Shown in pieces: positions 60,223 to 64,000 of a stretch of DNA of 64,000 bases; within the stretch, counting starts at the first letter, position 1; each line of letters begins with the position of its first letter. Source of the stretch: Candidatus Bathyarchaeota archaeon (GTDB lineage Archaea > Thermoproteota > Bathyarchaeia > Bathyarchaeales > Bathycorpusculaceae); the NCBI GenBank assembly GCA_963811105.1, contig CAWEPZ010000009.1:128001-192000 (forward strand), written 5' to 3'. The position numbers and the translations under genes are program-made. Below the pieces are notes generated by a model. The model was not told the origin of the DNA. It saw only the letters and a list, made by a program, of their open reading frames with translations, and searched no databases.

Positions 60223-61722
60223 TTAGCCAAAACCTGGCAAAGAGTGCAGTTGATTTACCACAGGCTGGAGCCAGTTGAACACAATTTGGGGATACAGCCC
60301 AAGGACTATGATTGCACCTACAAGTATGAATATTGGAATAAGTAGGCGCTTAGATTCTCTTATTACTGTTTCATCTTTAGGTTTCCTGGCGTACATGTAA
60401 TTAACTAGTCTAAACAAGTACGCAGTTTGAATAACACTCGTCAATACACCTATAACAGCTAGCCATGCTAGATTTGCTTGGATAGCTGAGGTGAATACTA
60501 GGTATTTTGCCATGAATCCTCCGAATGGTGGAACTCCTGCAAATGATAACCCGGCCATAACCAATGCTAAGCTTACAAGCGGCATTTTTTTGCCTATTCC
60601 TGAGAAGTCTTCTAAGCTTTTGAATCCATGTCTGTTCATGATTCCCACTGCCATAAAAGCGAGTGCTGTTGTTATACCGCCGATAAGGAAGAAGTATAGG
60701 TTGCCTACGACTCCAAGTTGGGAGGTTCCGCTTGCTATTGCCACAAGGTTGTAGCCTACGTCTGCGACGCAGATGTTGGCGATTAAGCGTTTGACATCGG
60801 TTTGTATTAACGCGAATAAGTTGCCTACTATCATGGTTAATGCTGCCATTATAGCGAGCATTATTGTCCAATTTAGCGCTCCCGGTGGTGTTAAGATGAA
60901 AACTAATACTCTGATTAGAATGTAGTAGCTGCCCTGGTCAACGAGAGCCGATAAGAATGCTGAAGATGGTGCTGGAGCCGCAGTGTAGGCGTCAGGTAAC
61001 CAGAAGTGGAAAGGCACAACTGCAGTTTCAATTGCGTAGCCTGCAGCTATGAATACAAAAGCAATAATTAGTAATCGCTTATCTGTTAGAGATGCTAAAG
61101 CCTCGCGAACTGCCCAGAAGTTCAGGCTGCCAGTTAACCCGTAAACGATAGATAACCCAAAAACGATGAAAGCTGAAGCAATAATTATCATAACCAGATA
61201 CTTCAAAGTGGAGTTCAAAGTTAACGCATTTTTCCTGTACAACATTAGAAAGCCCGCGCCTGCTGCGGCTGCCTCCCAGAATATGAATAGAGTCAGAAGG
61301 TCTCCCGAAAGTACAGCGCCCAGCAATGCGCCTGTTAACATGAACATAATTGCAAAGTATCGCTCTGAAGGCCTTTCTTCACAACCAACAAAAAAGAGGG
61401 AATAAACCATTACTATTGCGGAGACTGCCACGATGATTACTGCCATGTAAACTGAGATTGCATCTATCATAAAACCGCTTGAAATCGACGGTGACCCACC
61501 GGTTACAGTTACGTTAACAAACGGTGACGACGCAGAAACAGCATTATATTTAGACACCAAATTTGCAACTGTTGCGGCAGCAACTATAAAAACAGCAATA
61601 ATCCAGCTGAGAGATAGAGCGGTTTTGTAATTGGTTTTTCTGATAGTCTTGAAAATTGGAATTGTCAGCAACGCTGCAACAATTAAGGTGAATATTGGTA
61701 ATATAATATCTATAATTTCCAT
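60223..61722 (-). CDS. nuoN: Complex I-like antiporter subunit N
   Basis: PFHFWLPDAY, KRLIA, AGVPPFGGF; order L-M-N. Confidence 0.78.
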   Translation of the reverse strand: MEIIDIILPIFTLIVAALLTIPIFKTIRKTNYKTALSLSWIIAVFIVAAATVANLVSKYNAVSASSPFVNVTVTGGSPSISSGFMIDAISVYMAVIIVAVSAIVMVYSLFFVGCEERPSERYFAIMFMLTGALLGAVLSGDLLTLFIFWEAAAAGAGFLMLYRKNALTLNSTLKYLVMIIIASAFIVFGLSIVYGLTGSLNFWAVREALASLTDKRLLIIAFVFIAAGYAIETAVVPFHFWLPDAYTAAPAPSSAFLSALVDQGSYYILIRVLVFILTPPGALNWTIMLAIMAALTMIVGNLFALIQTDVKRLIANICVADVGYNLVAIASGTSQLGVVGNLYFFLIGGITTALAFMAVGIMNRHGFKSLEDFSGIGKKMPLVSLALVMAGLSFAGVPPFGGFMAKYLVFTSAIQANLAWLAVIGVLTSVIQTAYLFRLVNYMYARKPKDETVIRESKRLLIPIFILVGAIIVLGLYPQIVFNWLQPVVNQLHSLPGFG

Positions 61723-61743
61723 TTAGAGTTCACCCTGCTGTTT

Positions 61744-63288
61744 TTATCCAGTTTGTCCAAATTGCACCGTTTGTATTAGGTTTAGGAAGAAGGTTGGGTA
61801 TATCCCTATTATTATTACCATAACTACGAGGATTGCAAGTGACAATTTCATGTAGTTTGGAATATCAAAGACTTTCTTTTCAGTCCCAATTTCGGTCTTA
61901 GGTTGACCCATGAAGACTTTTGAAATAAACCGAAGTGAATATGCAAGCGAAAGTACGGTCGCTATAAGCATAAAGGCAGTCGGTATGAGGTAAAAGCCAT
62001 CAACCTTTATTATTTCGAAGGCTCCGACGAAAATAAGAAACTCACTTATGAAACAAGCAAACGGCGGCGCTCCAGCTATACTTAATGCTGCGGTAACTGT
62101 TGAAAGTGTTGTAAACGGCATCTTACTAGCAAGTCCGCCCATATCACGAATATCTCTTTTTTCAGTTTGATGCATTACCGCTCCCGCGGAAAGGAAGAAG
62201 AGACCTTTACTTGCGGCGTGGCTTATGATGTGAAGAATAGTTCCCGTTATTGCAGTTGCTGAAGCAAGTATTACTACTGATCCTGCAAGTGCCGATGCTG
62301 GAAACAGGGAAATACCAAACAGTATGTACCCCATATGGGCAATGCTAGAATAAGCGATAACTCGTTTTATATCAGTTTCCACAAGTGCAATTAATGAGCC
62401 GAAGAAGGCTGAAATTATGCCGAAAATTGCCAAGGTATGCAGAAAGTCTAATCCAAAAGCTGGAGTGTTAGCCATGACTGCTGGAAAGACAACGCCTATG
62501 GATAAGCGTATAACTGCGTAAGCTCCTGCACTAATAATAACTCCACTAAGGAGTGCAGACATTGTTGCTGGAGCTTCAGAATGCGCATCAGGTAGCCACA
62601 TGTGTACCGGCACAATTGCCATTTTAACGGCGAACCCAGCAGTAAGCGCTACGAGAATCCACCGAACAATATCTGTGCTATTACTCATCAATGCGGCTTG
62701 TACTTGGAACATATCGGTGTAACCCGTAACCATATACATTGCACCTATGCCGAGCAGCACAAAGACAGCGCCTGCATGAGTGAATATGAATAGTTTGAAT
62801 GCTGCTTTGTACGAATCGCGATAACCCCAACTTCCCACAATAAAGTAGGCTGGAACAAGCATTAATTCCCAACAGAAGTAAAACAGAAGCAGATTGGATG
62901 TCAAGAATACGCCAACGAGACCAACGGATAATAGGGTAAGAAGGGCGTAATAAGCTGGAAGGTTCTTCTTACCCTCCATATAGTTTATGGAGAATAGAGC
63001 TGCTGCAATAATTAGAATGAGGCTGATTATTGCTATTGAAACGCTAATTCCATCAACGAATAGATTAAACTTTGCTTGAAGTATTTCGATCCATTGGTAA
63101 GTTTCAACATACCGGTGTGTTGAACTATTAAGAACCTCGGGAATAGTTGTAGCAATTAAAGCCAAATTAATTAGAGCTATTAAAGCAACGAAGATACCCG
63201 CAAATTTAGCTGATTTCTTTCCAACAAAATATACGAATGGTATGCTGATAGTAGGTATTATGAAGACTGAGAGTAATGCAAAGCCCAT
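61744..63288 (-). CDS. nuoM: Complex I-like antiporter subunit M
   Basis: WELMLVP, HMWLPDAHSEAP, IAYSSIAHMG. Confidence 0.88.
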   Translation of the reverse strand: MGFALLSVFIIPTISIPFVYFVGKKSAKFAGIFVALIALINLALIATTIPEVLNSSTHRYVETYQWIEILQAKFNLFVDGISVSIAIISLILIIAAALFSINYMEGKKNLPAYYALLTLLSVGLVGVFLTSNLLLFYFCWELMLVPAYFIVGSWGYRDSYKAAFKLFIFTHAGAVFVLLGIGAMYMVTGYTDMFQVQAALMSNSTDIVRWILVALTAGFAVKMAIVPVHMWLPDAHSEAPATMSALLSGVIISAGAYAVIRLSIGVVFPAVMANTPAFGLDFLHTLAIFGIISAFFGSLIALVETDIKRVIAYSSIAHMGYILFGISLFPASALAGSVVILASATAITGTILHIISHAASKGLFFLSAGAVMHQTEKRDIRDMGGLASKMPFTTLSTVTAALSIAGAPPFACFISEFLIFVGAFEIIKVDGFYLIPTAFMLIATVLSLAYSLRFISKVFMGQPKTEIGTEKKVFDIPNYMKLSLAILVVMVIIIGIYPTFFLNLIQTVQFGQTG

Positions 63289-63292
63289 TTTT

Positions 63293-64000
63293 TTACACTC
63301 CTATAGTTAATATTATTAGTATTACGATTAGGATGAAACCAAGTACTGCAGCTGCAATATAATGTTGCAGAGATGTTGAAGGTGTCTTCTGCAATTTTGA
63401 AGCTCCTTTTAACGATTTATTTCCTAAGAGGCTTAAGAATTTATCCAATAAAGAGTCAAATTTCTGTATCTCTCCTGCACCTTCCACCGATCTACGAGCG
63501 ACTACATTTAAGAATTGATCAACTAAAACATCAAAGTAAGTATGCACTCCACCTGCAAACCGAGTAACGCCCCAAGCTACTGCTTGTGGGAAGCCACTGA
63601 AAGAATCTTCAAACCGTCCTAAACCCTCTGACAAACCCGCTATTCCTTTTACAACTGCCCCGTAAAAGTCATCAAAGAAATAAGCGTGGTTTAGCAGAGA
63701 CGAAATTGGGTTTTTGCTTGATGCAAGGCTTTTGAGTGTTTGGTTGTTCTTATAGTAAAATAGGTAAACAGCGAAACCTGTTGGGACTAAGAGCGCCAGA
63801 AAAATTGGCGTTTCTAAACTAATGAATGAGCCTAAGAGTGTGACGCCGATGTCTATATGCATAAAGGTCATTACCAAAGGTTCGGCTAAACCCCAAACAA
63901 TGCATAATCCTGCTAGTATCATAGCTGGGTACAGCATAACTTTTGGAGCTTCATGTGGGTGCTGCTTAACTAAGTGCTCTGACTCATTTCCCATGAAAAC
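63293..64000 (-). CDS. nuoL: Complex I-like subunit L, C-terminal part (runs off window)
   Basis: PHEAPKVMLYP, YFFDDFY, long amphipathic helix. Confidence 0.8.
   Translation of the reverse strand, partial: VFMGNESEHLVKQHPHEAPKVMLYPAMILAGLCIVWGLAEPLVMTFMHIDIGVTLLGSFISLETPIFLALLVPTGFAVYLFYYKNNQTLKSLASSKNPISSLLNHAYFFDDFYGAVVKGIAGLSEGLGRFEDSFSGFPQAVAWGVTRFAGGVHTYFDVLVDQFLNVVARRSVEGAGEIQKFDSLLDKFLSLLGNKSLKGASKLQKTPSTSLQHYIAAAVLGFILIVILIILTIGV

Overview
Archaeal chromosome segment, most consistent with Bathyarchaeia (inferred from TBP, TFS, pelota, CdvB/ESCRT-III, a Cren7-like protein, a methanofuran operon, RNase P RNA and a large PQQ-propeller surface protein). Housekeeping blocks: mfnBADFE with a divergent HisA/F-like gene, proBA, K+-independent H+-PPase, nuoLMN-like genes, TBP/pelota/TtuA/AK6. 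The main unexplained structure lies at 9.8-24.6 kb. tRNA-Phe is followed by three tandem cargo units (about 8.5, 5.1 and 1.1 kb) with no integrase gene. Each unit ends in a conserved ~140-190 bp arm (hairpin, AACGACGG direct repeats) plus a 13-bp copy of the tRNA 3' end, and two units start with a shared ~75 bp arm. An IS1182 element is inserted into the first arm. A broken tyrosine integrase, a second small intergenic repeat family, several pseudogenes, small ORFs missed by the track and probable CTG starts are also present. All calls come from reading the sequence and recognising motifs; no searches were run.
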